Positions 1 through 11,416 are shown, counted from the first letter of the whole stretch. The stretch: DNA of 63,720 bases, filler included, from Rozella allomycis CSF55 (GCA_000442015.1; 9 parts of 9 records of this genome joined end to end with filler, not necessarily neighbours in it), one strand, 5' to 3'. The notes: generated by a model not told the origin, from the sequence alone. Numbers and translations are program-made.

Positions 1-37
1 ACTCCCCGTCCGATTTAACGAGCACTGCGAGACTTGT
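1..37 (+). mobile_element. 3' terminus of a Helentron/HINE-like repeat family (37-bp conserved end)
   Basis: ACTCCCCGTCCGATTTAACGAGCACTGCGAGACTTGT; reverse-complement copies at 2682-2718, 3612-3648, 31892-31926 and 55905-55940, with unrelated flanks beyond CTTGT. Confidence 0.6.
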
Positions 38-305
38 TTTTCCTCATTAACCTGTCTCCATTTTTGTTCTTTAAGACAAGGCCAAGGTACTCATGTTTCA
101 GGACTTTGCTAGAATCCCACTTGGATCAGTTAACATAAACTGTTAAGCGAAACAAAATGAAAAAGGTGCCGAAACTTAGTATTATAGAATCTAGCGCTTT
201 AATCATATAAAACAATATATATTATATGGATATGTTTTTAAAACAATAATATAAGGCTAGAACAGTTTTTGACAATAAATATACACTTTCAAAAATAAAA
301 AAAAC

Positions 306-378
306 TAATCGTGGCGGGACTCGAACCCGCAGCCTTCAGATCCGAAGTCTGACGCGCTATCCATTGCGCCACACGATC
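306..378 (-). tRNA. tRNA-Arg (anticodon TCG)
   Basis: Reverse complement folds as a cloverleaf: acceptor GATCGTG/CACGATT, D arm TGGCGCAATGGATAGCGC, anticodon loop CTTCGGA, T loop GGTTCGAGTCC; followed by an oligo-T Pol III terminator. Confidence 0.97.
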
Positions 379-534
379 AGCTGCTTATTGAGCAATCTTT
401 TGGTATATAAATTTAACATAGCACCGGCTTTCTTTCTTGATTGTGTAAATATAATGGGCGAACACGGGACAGTAGTGAAAATATCAAGGATTTTTTTGGG
501 AAACTTCAATAGTTCTTAATTTTATTTAACATCG

Positions 535-936
535 TCATTCCATAACTTTATTCATCAATTGATCTCTTGGTACCAAATATGGAAGGCAACTCATGCAAGA
601 GCAAACATGATATCTCTTCTGATAAAGATTGTAAATGTTCTTGCACCCATATTTTGATCTGCTATTTATCATTGGACAAGTATTCTTCAGTCTGAATTTA
701 ACACCTGGAATATCTGCATAAACTTTATATTCAAATAGCGCTGAATTGTATATGCTAATATTTGTGTTGTTGTTTCCTCTCACAGAAACCAATTTAAAAA
801 CCGTTTGCTCCTTACATTTGGCCTTTATGGTCTTTTTAATCAATACACATCGACGGTTTCCTGAATTAGGCTTCTTTGGTTTGACAAATACTATGCTTTG
901 GATTATTCCTCTGAATTGTGGTTGCTTGATGTACAT
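535..936 (-). CDS. MRPS12: Divergent bacterial/mitochondrial-type ribosomal protein S12 (uS12m)
   Basis: PQFRG..KPKKPNSGNRR, DIPGVKF and RSKYG match uS12 motifs (PKKPNSA, DLPGV, RSKYG). First in-frame ATG at 936; true start uncertain. Confidence 0.75.
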   Translation of the reverse strand: MYIKQPQFRGIIQSIVFVKPKKPNSGNRRCVLIKKTIKAKCKEQTVFKLVSVRGNNNTNISIYNSALFEYKVYADIPGVKFRLKNTCPMINSRSKYGCKNIYNLYQKRYHVCSCMSCLPYLVPRDQLMNKVME

Positions 937-1204
937 GGACTGGTGGCGAAGTTCCAATATGTCAATGTGAACAATGAAAACTGTCGTAAAATTTAATGAA
1001 ACATATTAAAATCAATATCATGGATTGATATTTTCATTTTTGTAATTATTTGTGGACTAAGCTAATCTACCCGCAATAGGGCAGCGTGGAATTGGAACTA
1101 CTCCATGCAAAACTCAAGGAGAAAAAACTGGAAAATTAGTAAGCATTTCATTATATCCTACATTATTATGAAACTGTATAGCGTGTATAGTGATTTATAT
1201 TGCT

Positions 1205-2321
1205 TTATTTTTGCTCATAGGAACGAACGATCTTCTCCGCCTTTTTTACAACTCTTAGAATGCAAAATTGAATCATTACCAGGAAGATCTACAACTTTTC
1301 CTTGGTATTCAAAGGCTCCAATACCTCGATCTATGTGTTCCTGATACTTTTGAACTATTTCCAGTGCTGACTTATATTCTGGATATATGAGAAATATTTA
1401 TCGTACCTTTTTCAGAGGGTGAGAATAAGCCTTGTATAACTTTGATTTGATCAGGATGAATGGCTTGCTAATTCCAATTTTAATCCATGAATTACTTTTC
1501 CTGTGTATCCCATGGAGCGACCCATGGTACATTCGCGTTCAAGTTTTTGAGTGTCTTTATAATCCAGACACACCATATCAATTGCTTGTAAACCAAAAGA
1601 CTTGGCTATCAAGGAGCAGACAGATAGAATTACCGCATAAAGCCAAAGCGGATCTGGGGTAAAGTAGTTCCATACCTTTATCTGATCTTATAATATCTTT
1701 CACATCAATTTTGTTTATATACCAGATTCAGCACAAAAATCTTCAGCAGAAAACTAATAACAGATACAAAATCTTGGTACCACTAAACCGGCCAATCTCG
1801 AAGAAGAAAGACAAATATCTTTCATCGAGCTAAAAGCTTTGGAGCTTTCAATACATGCCAATAGTTGTATGTTTGTTCTATAATGTATAATGATTATATG
1901 TACTTGGTCCTTTTGGCATTCAAATAGTACTCCACAAAATTTATCATCGACGGTTGTTCCACTTTCGGCAGAACAATAGAATCAATGTCACACTCTGCAA
2001 TGCAATTTAAATCATCAATTTCGAATCCTTGTATAAAAAGAATGCAAAGAATACCCGATCCAATAGCATTCATGCGTATTGACACTTCCCTTCCGTTTCT
2101 TTTAAAATCCAAATTAATATATGTCATGGATTATTTACTTTAATAGCTTTGTAAATCATATTTCTAGCATCAACCTTGCCATTTAACGGAACTCCATCTT
2201 CGAGATCAAATACTATAGTATCCGCCATAAGAATGGATGCCTTTTCAATTTTCTTCATGCTATTTCCTGGGACATTGAATATACAACGTCTCGAGAATAA
2301 GGCACGCGCAATGGAAGACAT
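1205..2321 (-). CDS. CLYBL: Citrate lyase beta-like (CitE/CLYBL, HpcH/HpaI aldolase fold), multi-exon
   Basis: FNVPGNS..KIEKA..ADTIVFDLEDGV, IRMNA, IVLPKVE, GKQAIHPDQI, GAFEYQGKVVDLPVVKKA; joined by short GT-AG introns (e.g. 28 nt at 1252-1279). Confidence 0.85.
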
Positions 2322-2681
2322 ACAAAATTCATAAATAATCAACTGAGGCATAATAATTGACAACAGGTCCACGGGAGAATATTATTCGTTTAAAAATTAA
2401 CATTATTCCTCATTAATCAATTCAGGTCATGCAAAGTTCTATAAATTTATAGTTTCAAAATGATAATAAATGTCTTAATTCTGCTGTGTTTTCTTTGTGA
2501 ACAGTAAAACACGACGAAATGAACTTTCAATCCTCAAGAATTAAATTGGTGTCTTTACTGCATGAAACAAGCACACAAACCTCAAAACACTTTTGACATT
2601 CTAATTTTTAAATATCACTAAACGCAGAGCTACGTAACAGTAAAAATGTTCAAAAGATATCGACAGGGTACCCTGGTGGCT

Positions 2682-2718
2682 ACAAGTCTCGCAGTGCTCG
2701 TTAAATCGGACGGGGAGT
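2682..2718 (-). mobile_element. Helentron/HINE-like 3' terminus copy
   Basis: Exact reverse complement of 1-37; N junction follows at 2730. Confidence 0.6.
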
Positions 2719-2730
2719 TTATAATTAAAN

Positions 2731-4143
2731 ACTTGTGGTTCCTTTGGGATCGCTTTGGATTTCAAAACTTACTATTTCAGAATCTTATTTTGGGATGATT
2801 CCATAATTGCTGACAGTTGACAGTTGACAGTTGACACCATTTTATTTATCATTGCTTCGAGTTGATGTCAGTGTCTTTATCCACTCTCTCCAGGCGCAGT
2901 AGGATTTATATATTTTTGTAATCCTTATTGTTCATAATAGGGTGAATCAAAAATAAAATCATGTCTCATCAATCAATGGCAGAGCCTTTTGGCTTTTCTG
3001 CCATGATTGACCTAATCGGTGTGTTTTCTTCATGCGGACGACCTTCCAAATTCCAAATTACCAGCGACTTTCTAGTCGCGTTGTGAATGGATTTACCATT
3101 AAAATACGATATCGACATATCGTTATTTTAAGTCCATTAAATGATTTTTTATTTACAATTTAATGTCTTTGATAAAAAGTTAATTATGCATTACAGGCAG
3201 CGCCTTTTTCGAATAGTACTCTTCTCCACAAATAATAATACTCCGATGAATAANTGCCATGGAAATTGTGATCAAATCTAAAATTTAATCGATATGTATT
3301 TCATTTTACCCTTTGCTTCTATCGCTACTGAATTCATCTACCGTTGTCCTCCTGCGAATCCCGAATCTGAGTCTCCATAATTTTGTTCTAATAAGTGACT
3401 GTCTAAAAATTGTAGCATTTAATTAATATACATTATAATTGTATGATCGATTCGAATGTAAACTTTTCTACACCATGGAATTCAAACTAGGTGTAACATG
3501 CGATTCTTATGGCTCTAAAGCGCCAATAAAGAAAATAAAANAAATAGGATATCGACATATCATTATTTTAAGTCCATTGAATGATTTTTTATTTACAATT
3601 TAATGCCTTTGACAAGTCTCGCAGTGCTCGTTAAATCGGACGGGGAGTTTATATTCACANTCTTGTGGTTCCTTTGTTTGGATTTCAAAACTTATTATTT
3701 CAGAATCTTATTTTGGGATGATTCCATAATTACTGACAGTTGACACCATTATATTTATCATTGCTTTCGCGTTGATGTCAGTGTCTTTATCCTCCTATAT
3801 ATTTTTGTAATCCTTATTGTTCATAATAGGGTGAATCAAAAATAAAATCATGTCTCATCAATCAATGGCAGAGCCTTTTGGCTTTTCTGCCATGATTGAC
3901 CTAATCGGTGTGTTTTCTTCATGCGGACGACCTTCCAAATTCCAAATTACCAGCGACTTTCTAGTCGCGTTGTGAATGGATTTACCATTAAAATACGATA
4001 TCGACATATCGTTATTTTAAGTCCATTAAATGATTTTTTATTTACAATTTAATGTCTTTGATAAAAAGTTAATTATGCATTACAGGCAGCGCCTTTTTCG
4101 AATAGTACTCTTCTCCACAAATAATAATACTCCGATGAATAAT
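2731..4143. repeat. Near-identical ~0.5 kb duplication (2731-3253 vs 3661-4143) bounded by single Ns; probably uncollapsed haplotypes or an assembly artefact
   Basis: Direct sequence identity; both copies start right after an N. Confidence 0.7.
3612..3648 (-). mobile_element. Helentron/HINE-like 3' terminus copy
   Basis: Exact reverse complement of 1-37; N junction follows at 3660. Confidence 0.6.
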
Positions 4144-4172
4144 GTAAGGCCAAATTCGTATGAATCCTTTCA

Positions 4173-5714
4173 GTGCTAAATTGGTCGAATTTTCCTAAAA
4201 TTGTTATGAAGGACATGTTAATTAGGAACCTGAAGAAGGGACTATGGGCGTCCATTTTTATAGCATTTGTCACTTTTGCTATATCTTATGCCAGTTTGAA
4301 ATACAGAGGAACTCATAAACTGGATCGTACATTTCAGTCACTTGTAAACGTTACTGACAAGCAAAAGTACTTTGAAAGAGAATGCCTTAAGCTTCCTAAA
4401 TTGCAGTACAGTGAAGACGATAAAAGAATACCATCATGTCCATTTATCTCGGGTGATACGTATAGATCATTCTGCCATCACGTTTTTGATGACTCTACGC
4501 CTCCTTCAGTTTACTATTACAAAGCGGGTCGAATTAAGAAGAATGAATTAGTGTTTGTTGCTACACATATCTTGGATAAAGTCTCACCTGCTCTTCTTCA
4601 AAATGCCAAAGAACCATATATTTTAATCACATCTAACAGTGACGATTCCGCGCCAAATAATTTTCAAGACTTACTCAAATCTGAAAAGTTAATTGCTTGG
4701 TTTCCTCAAAATGCTGATATGATTCATGAAAAAGTTTATCCCATTCCAATTGGTTTGGCTAATTACATGTGAGATCACGGAAACTTTCATTTAATTAATG
4801 AGTTGTCGGCAAAAATAAAAAGATTTGCTGATAGGAAAACGCTTTTGTGCATAAACTTTGGGTATAGTGAGTCATCAAGAAAAAATATTGAATCAAAGTT
4901 TCGTGGAATGAAAAATGTAAAGTTTTTACAAAGTAGAGTGGATTTCAAAGANAACTTACTCAAATCTGAAAATTTAATTGCTTGGTTTCCTCAAAATGCT
5001 GATATGGTTCATGAAAAAGTTTATCCGCTTCCTATTGGATTGGCCAATTACATGTGGGATCACGGAAACTTTCATTTGATTAATGAGTTGTCAGCAAAAA
5101 GAAAAAGATTTGCTGATAGGAAAACGCTGCTCTATATAAACTTTGGGTATAGTGAATCATCAAGAAAAAATATTGAAGCAAAGTTCCGTGGAATGAAAAA
5201 TGTAAAGTTTTTACAAAGTAGAGTGGATTTCAAAGAATATTTGGAGCATATGATGGATTCAAAGTTTGTTTTAAGCCCTAGAGGTCATGGGATTGATTGC
5301 CACCGAAGCTGGGAGTCAATGATCATGGGTGCCGTTCCTATAGTTTTATCTACGGCGATAGACGAGGCATTTAGAAATACTAAAAGGGCAATAATCTTAG
5401 ATTCATGGGATGAGTTGAGTGTAGAATTATTGGAGTCGTATGATCCAGGTGAAGATATTATTCCNCAACGCTAGAGGTCATGAGATTGATTGCCACCGAA
5501 TCTGGGAGTCATTGATCATGGGTGCCGTTCCTATAGTTTATCTACGGCGATAGATGAGGCATTTAGAAATACTAAAAGGACAATAATTTTAGATTCATGG
5601 GATGAATTGAGTGTAGAATTATTGGAGTCGTATGATCCAGGTGAAGATATTATTCCTGACGTTCTCTACGCGAAATTCTGGTATGACGAAATTAATTCAA
5701 AAAGAATTCCTTAG
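4173..5714 (+). CDS. Exostosin-like (GT47) glycosyltransferase, type II membrane, intronless; assembled as overlapping variant fragments
   Basis: N-terminal TM helix (LWASIFIAFVTFAISY); LITSNSDDSAP, WFPQN, PIPIGLAN, FVLSPRGHGIDCHRSWESMIMGAVPIV. Segments repeat across Ns at 4952 and 5465; one copy has TGA for TGG at 4770 and another has frameshifts. Confidence 0.7.
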
Positions 5715-5776
5715 AATGTGAATAAAACCTATTCTTCTTGATTGTCATTTAATTTAAGTAATTTATTTGATTTAAG

Positions 5777-8233
5777 TTATGATTTAATTACTGTCACGCA
5801 ATCTGTAAGCATACCCGTAAACACTTCAAAGAGCTTGGTCGAGGAAAATTGCGAATTGCTTATTTTGACATACTTGATGCCAACTTTAAGTATCGCTGCC
5901 ACAATAATCTCAACTTTTTCAACGCAGTCAATCTCAACAGTGAAGGAAATGTCAATGTGCTCTATTGGAGATCCTCTCAATGAATTAATCAGCTCGTGTA
6001 ACTGATCTGAAGACATTTCGTTTCTCGATATATTCAAGTACTTTATTCTTTTTAATCTTAATCCTAATGTCTTCCAAATTCCAATATCTGGAGTCCGAAA
6101 TGCATTTACTAGCGTAAGCCTTTCAAGTTTGGAATCTTCTAACCCAGAAATAAAGGAAAAAGATGCTTTGGAATTCATATTCATTCCAGTTAGACTGAAT
6201 TCTTCAAGATTGCTAATTATTTTTCCCAACATTTCTGCATGGTCTGGATCTAATCTATTCAAACGATCAATAAAAATTTGGCCAAAGTCAAGTTTTTTAA
6301 TATTTGGGGCGATTTGTTGAAGTAAATGAAGGAGTCCCATTTTTGTTGTTGCCATTAAATGAAGATAAAGTTCTTCAATCTGATTATCGCCAAGATTAAT
6401 CAAATGTTTTTGAGCAACAACTCTTTCAAGACTCAACTTTTTGATTTTGGAATTTGATATTTCAGATATTATGCTTCCAACAAGCTCTGGATCAGACATG
6501 CCCACAATGAAAAGATGTTCTAAATTTTTGAAAGAACCAGAGAAGAATGTCTTATAATATTCAGAAGAATTATCAACGCAGTCAAAAAACATTTCATGAT
6601 GACAAGAGCATTCACAATTGCATGCCTCATTATGTACATCTTTGCAAACACAGCTACTATCATTTTTGTTGTCTATTTGTCCAGAAAGATGAAGTTGGGA
6701 AATGTCCAAAGATGTTATTTTCGTACTTGACAAGTGAGACCCCAGTATTCTTAATTGATCCAGCGCCATTTTAGCATTCCTTAAATTCAATATCTTGATA
6801 TTCCTAAAACTTTTAAAAAGATTATTCATTTTATAAAGTGACACTTTCTCAAAATTACTGCCAAACAAATCAAGAGAATTTATAGCATCAAATTTCAGCA
6901 AGGAATCAGCCAACAAACTGGCTCCAATGTCATCAAATCGAATATGGTGAAGGATAAGATTTTCAATTTTGTCAAGCTCGCTTAAATTTCTAATAATGGA
7001 AAATTCACTTCTATACACATCAGCGTCGATATTGAAAATGAACCTGCTGGTGCTGAAGAATGGCTGAAAATATTTCAAGGTATCAAAATACAGATCAATA
7101 GAAGAGAACACAACATCAATCTTGATATTCTCCCAAAATTCCTTTTCCCAATTGGCTCTTATGTAAAATTCCTCCAAATTTCCAATGTGGGCGTATACGC
7201 GAAAGTGATAGTCAATTGAATCATGCGTCATCTCTAAAGCTTGGAAAAGCGATAGCACAGAGCATAAATAAGCAAAGTGCTCTTTGTAAATAGGATTCTC
7301 TTCTAAATACCTATAGACTTGTTGGCCGGTAAAATTTTCAAAATTTACATTTTTCATTTTCATTAGTTTGAATGGATTAGGATAATTGTCTAAATTTGAG
7401 GCAGGTGTTTTAAAAGCTAAAACCTTATCTGGCAAAACAAACGTGTCATCGTTAGCGATAGGCCTCATATCACGAGCTGGAGAGGCAGAAGTTTGGGAAT
7501 CAACCCTATGGGTGACAGCCACAGACTTTGCTCGAGTTCCAGAGCTTGATTTTGTCTGCTCTGGCCTTGAAAGAGCTACAGATGTAATTTTGGTCTGCGT
7601 CGACTTTGAAATCGTTTCCGGTTTCTGTGCAGGTCTTTTAGGGACTAATCTTACATTGGTCTGCGTATATTTGGAATGAGTTTGAGGTTTAACATTTGTC
7701 TGTGCAGGATTTTGATTTTCAGAATTGACATTTGTATGCACAGGTTTTAAAACGCCAGATGTAAATATGGTCTGCGTAGACCTTGAAAGTTTTTGAGTTG
7801 TCTGCGTAGACTTTGAAAATGTTACATATCTGACATTGGTCGGTGCATGTACTACAGATCTAACTATGGTCTGCGTAGACATTGAAAGAGATTTAGGTTT
7901 AGCATTCGTCTGCGTAGGTCTTGAAGTTGTTTCATGAGTCGCACTGGGCTGGCCGATTGTTTCTGTCTCAGCGTTGGCATTAGACGTCCCGCCATTCTTT
8001 TCTTGACCTATTTCTATTTCCTTGCTCTTTAGAGTCCCGTTCTCTTTTTCTTTTTCTTTTATAGCCTCGTCCTCTTCTTTACTTCCATCCTCGATGTAAC
8101 ACCACTTTCCATCATTATACACCTTGGCAGGGTAACTTCCATCATTTACTTCCCTCAAACCAATAAAACGTTTGTGAATACCAGTGTAAGATATGATTTT
8201 GAAAAGACACAACAATAGAATTAGAATATTCAT
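5777..8233 (-). CDS. Putative secreted LRR (RNI-like) protein with an S/T-rich TQT-repeat region
   Basis: Intronless ~818-aa ORF; hydrophobic N-terminus MNILILLLCLFKIISYT; six xxTQT motifs; C-terminal LRR-like repeats (IENLILHH, INSLDLFG, IKILNLRN, ITSLDISQ, IKKLSLER, IKYLNISRN, IEHIDISF). Confidence 0.75.
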   Translation of the reverse strand: MNILILLLCLFKIISYTGIHKRFIGLREVNDGSYPAKVYNDGKWCYIEDGSKEEDEAIKEKEKENGTLKSKEIEIGQEKNGGTSNANAETETIGQPSATHETTSRPTQTNAKPKSLSMSTQTIVRSVVHAPTNVRYVTFSKSTQTTQKLSRSTQTIFTSGVLKPVHTNVNSENQNPAQTNVKPQTHSKYTQTNVRLVPKRPAQKPETISKSTQTKITSVALSRPEQTKSSSGTRAKSVAVTHRVDSQTSASPARDMRPIANDDTFVLPDKVLAFKTPASNLDNYPNPFKLMKMKNVNFENFTGQQVYRYLEENPIYKEHFAYLCSVLSLFQALEMTHDSIDYHFRVYAHIGNLEEFYIRANWEKEFWENIKIDVVFSSIDLYFDTLKYFQPFFSTSRFIFNIDADVYRSEFSIIRNLSELDKIENLILHHIRFDDIGASLLADSLLKFDAINSLDLFGSNFEKVSLYKMNNLFKSFRNIKILNLRNAKMALDQLRILGSHLSSTKITSLDISQLHLSGQIDNKNDSSCVCKDVHNEACNCECSCHHEMFFDCVDNSSEYYKTFFSGSFKNLEHLFIVGMSDPELVGSIISEISNSKIKKLSLERVVAQKHLINLGDNQIEELYLHLMATTKMGLLHLLQQIAPNIKKLDFGQIFIDRLNRLDPDHAEMLGKIISNLEEFSLTGMNMNSKASFSFISGLEDSKLERLTLVNAFRTPDIGIWKTLGLRLKRIKYLNISRNEMSSDQLHELINSLRGSPIEHIDISFTVEIDCVEKVEIIVAAILKVGIKYVKISNSQFSSTKLFEVFTGMLTDCVTVIKS

Positions 8234-8299
8234 CTGTGGCTTTTCTAATTTTTTCAATCAGAAAAGCCACCGAAGGATCTGCCTTAAAGTTCAAATTTA

Positions 8300-10462
8300 T
8301 TAAACTGGAAATAATGACTGCCTGCGTTCCTTTTCATGTTTCGCTTGAACCTGTTTGAAGTACGAGATTAAATCTAGAAATTCCTTTGTGGTTTTAGTTT
8401 TCTTTTCAACTGGACTAGAGAGTGTTGGCCTGAACTTAGCGTCTTATTAGATTTTTACTTTGATAAAAGAGATACTGATTGTACACTGTTCAACCTATTT
8501 CTCAATGTCGCAAACGCGCTACTCTGCGGCAGCAACATTAAGAGACCGTAGAGGGATTTATACAAGAAAAAATACTTATCAGGCTCGAGCAATTGGAGTC
8601 TTAAAAATGAGAATATTGGAGATTCAATTAGTTGCACCAATTTGTCAACTTGCACCAAGAAATTAACTGTGATTTCATATTCGGAAAATGTCATGATCAA
8701 GTAGTAAGCATGCTCATACATTTGAGCTAAAAAGCAAAGGGCCAATGTCGAAACTGGGTTATGGACCCATGATTTATACAAAGCATGGAATAGAGAAATA
8801 TTATCCTTCAAATCCATAAATTTCAATTTCCGCCTTAAATCAACAAGTTCCGTTGCAGTCAAAAGTATTATTGTCAAATGCTGAACAATAAAACTAGCAA
8901 ATTCTAAATCCTTATCTATATTTAACGTAGATCATTACATTTTCAATTTCTAAAAATTCAGAAAACGAACAAAACACTTTTTCTGGTTGCAATGAAATGC
9001 AGAGTTGTCGAATAATTAAAGACCCCTTTGTTTCCAAAAGTTTTCTGTCGGATTTAAATAGTTCTAATAGTTGAATTATGAAATTGTTAAATGATTCCCC
9101 AGAAAACGACGATGAAATTTGTGAAAGTAGGTGAAGCGTCTTTTTAATTGCCTCCTCAGAACAGTCAGACAATGACTTTAATAGCGACATAAATAATTTA
9201 TCATCCTCACAAAATACCTTTCCAAAAACCTTAAAGAGCCTTACTTTTTGTGGACACTTCAAGTGAATCATCAAAAGCCAATCCAGAGATGCAAGTCTGG
9301 CAGATTCATTATCTTGAGTAGCAAATTGGACTAACGTTCGAGTCAAAGCGTCATATCCTATATCCTCATTCGAGCTTTGAATGATTTGAAAAAGTTTGCT
9401 GTTGAGCGAAGTCCCAATTTCTCTTATGGCAAGTGATGAACAAGACATGGAACGTACTATCGCGAATAATGCTTTGTCTGAAAGGAAAACAATCGACGTC
9501 GAATCTATTTTGATGACTGTCTCAAGCCACTGTAAAGCTATTTCCCGGGGTAGATCATCTAATTTATAGAAATGGAAAAGCAAACCTTCCATAGTGGCAA
9601 AATCCAAAAGAATTACGGAGACCCTCCGCATGTCTAAATCCGTTTTTTCTCTCATGGAAATCGCAGATAAAAATGCGTCGAGACATGACCTTGTCATGGT
9701 TCTTATATCTTGAGATTCATCAGACAGGTAGCGAAATAAACCATCAAGAAATTCTGGAAGAAATACAATGAAATTTAATTCTGGAAGAGAATGAAGAAGA
9801 CAAACCCACGAAACTAAAAATTGACGGGCATTTTTCATTTGAACAAATATCCTCTCCTTTATTAAAGGAATAAATCTTTTTCTTTAAAAAATTCATATTA
9901 CTTTTCAACATTGAATATAGGCTTTTCATTTACAATATCCCGTAACAGTCGATCCAAAAGTTCGGCCCCATTTCGAACAGATAATTCGACGTCTGTACAC
10001 AACTGTATTCAATATGAATATTATATTTACTTTACATAGGCAGTCAAAAATTTCATTGAAATAGATTAGAATGTTATGTCTCGTTGTTTTTGCAATATTA
10101 TACATCGCTTCGCACGCATAGTATCGTACTCGGCTATCTTGATCTGAAAAACAAGCTAGTATGGGTGGACATATATCTTTCAATATTTGATCCGCATCCA
10201 TTAACACGCATAATTAAGATATTACTTCTCCCATTGCAATAGCGACCGCTGCAAGACCAATTAGGCCTCCATTTCTAGAATTAGGGAAGACTGAAAATGC
10301 AAATTCTTGAGACAAGTATTCAATTGTCTGCTTAATTTTTGCAATATCCCTATTTTGCCACATATCTTTAACACTTCTCTCAACTTCAATTGCAGCAATT
10401 TTTCGTTTTTCATATAGTTTGTCACTCAAATTCTTAAATAATACTTGCTGCTCACTTGCCAT
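8300..10462 (-). CDS. VAC14: Vacuole morphology protein VAC14 (PIKfyve/Fab1 complex scaffold), multi-exon
   Basis: LSDKLYEKRKIAAIEVE, RNGGLIGLAAVAIA, FSDQDSRVRYYACEAMYNIAK, VDKLVQLIESPIFSFLRLQLLEP, LYGLLMLLPQSSAFATLRNRL. Confidence 0.96.
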
Positions 10463-10705
10463 TGAGTCAACAATTTAACCTGAAGGAAAAATCACAAATG
10501 TTCCAATTTTTGACTATATCATTTCTCTTAATTATAATGCCTTGAAGAGACATCTCAGAGACTCAGACATGAATATTCTTAATCCCTTATTAGATAGTTG
10601 GTCATGCAATTGCAACAACTCACCAGTGAAAGATTTGAAGTCACAAGTTTCGACCAAAGCATTTGGTTAAATACAATAAAGGCAAATAAAAAATATATTT
10701 ATTAA

Positions 10706-11416
10706 CTATTTGCTTTTCTTTTCTTCGTATTCTCTGCGTTCATATTTCTTTTCCAAGTCATTATATTTATCAGCAAGCCTTAAATATTCCTCTTGCTGAC
10801 TTTTAGCCTGCTTTAGAACAACTTCAGCATCCTTTGACTTCTTTTGCAATTCCTCTGTCAATTTGCTTCTTTCTTCTAACTCTTTTTCGAGTTTTTCCTT
10901 TTCTTCAGTGAGTCTTTCATATTCCTTTTGTTGATTTTTAGCCTGCTTTTCAACGACTGCTATTTTTTCTTCATGTTTCATGATTTCACTCAGAATAGCT
11001 ATCAATCGGCTGCAAACAATGGCGAGGAAGAGTGTGAAGCCTGTAAGATACATGTTTCTTTGAGAATAGAACATTTTGGCGTGAATTTGAGTGTCAGTGT
11101 GTGCATCTTTCATCAAGTAATCAGATTTCTTGTGCTCGTCTCTCGTCTTACGAGATCGACTTACAGAGTCTGAAAGAAGTAAAGTTTTGATGGTTACCGA
11201 CAAAGAGAATGAACACAAAGAGAAATAATATTTTAGCTACGTATCGTATGTGAGATGCAAATGGTATTCTATCAAACGAACTGACTATTCTCTTTCTCCT
11301 AATATATCAACTTGATCATTGCCTTACCAACTCAATGGGAGTGGAGCAATTAAAATTAAAATTAGGGCTATTTCCAAAAGAAGAGTGGCCAGTGTTAATT
11401 CGTATGGAAGAGACAT
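10706..11416 (-). CDS. BCAP31: BAP31/Yet3-family ER membrane protein
   Basis: MSLPYELTLATLLLEIALILILIAPLP, KMFYSQRNMYLTGFTLFL, C-terminal coiled coil ending in dilysine KKSK. Confidence 0.9.

Noticed and set aside
2984-2993. U2 or U5 snRNA candidate (GCCTTTTGGC)
   Set aside because: Lacks the U2 AAGATCAAGTGTAGTA continuation and the U5 GCCTTTTAC loop
4770-4772. In-frame TGA at a Trp position suggesting recoding or an alternative genetic code
   Set aside because: The second copy has TGG, and TGA is a normal stop elsewhere (FCF1, NAD kinase); it is a nonsense variant or sequencing error
2731-5714. Tandem duplications around single Ns (also at 13110, 15269, 28025, 47521, 48828, 56136, 58714, 59139, 60959, 61927)
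   Set aside because: Each begins or ends exactly at an N, typical of scaffolded overlapping contig ends or haplotypes; cannot be treated as real tandem repeats
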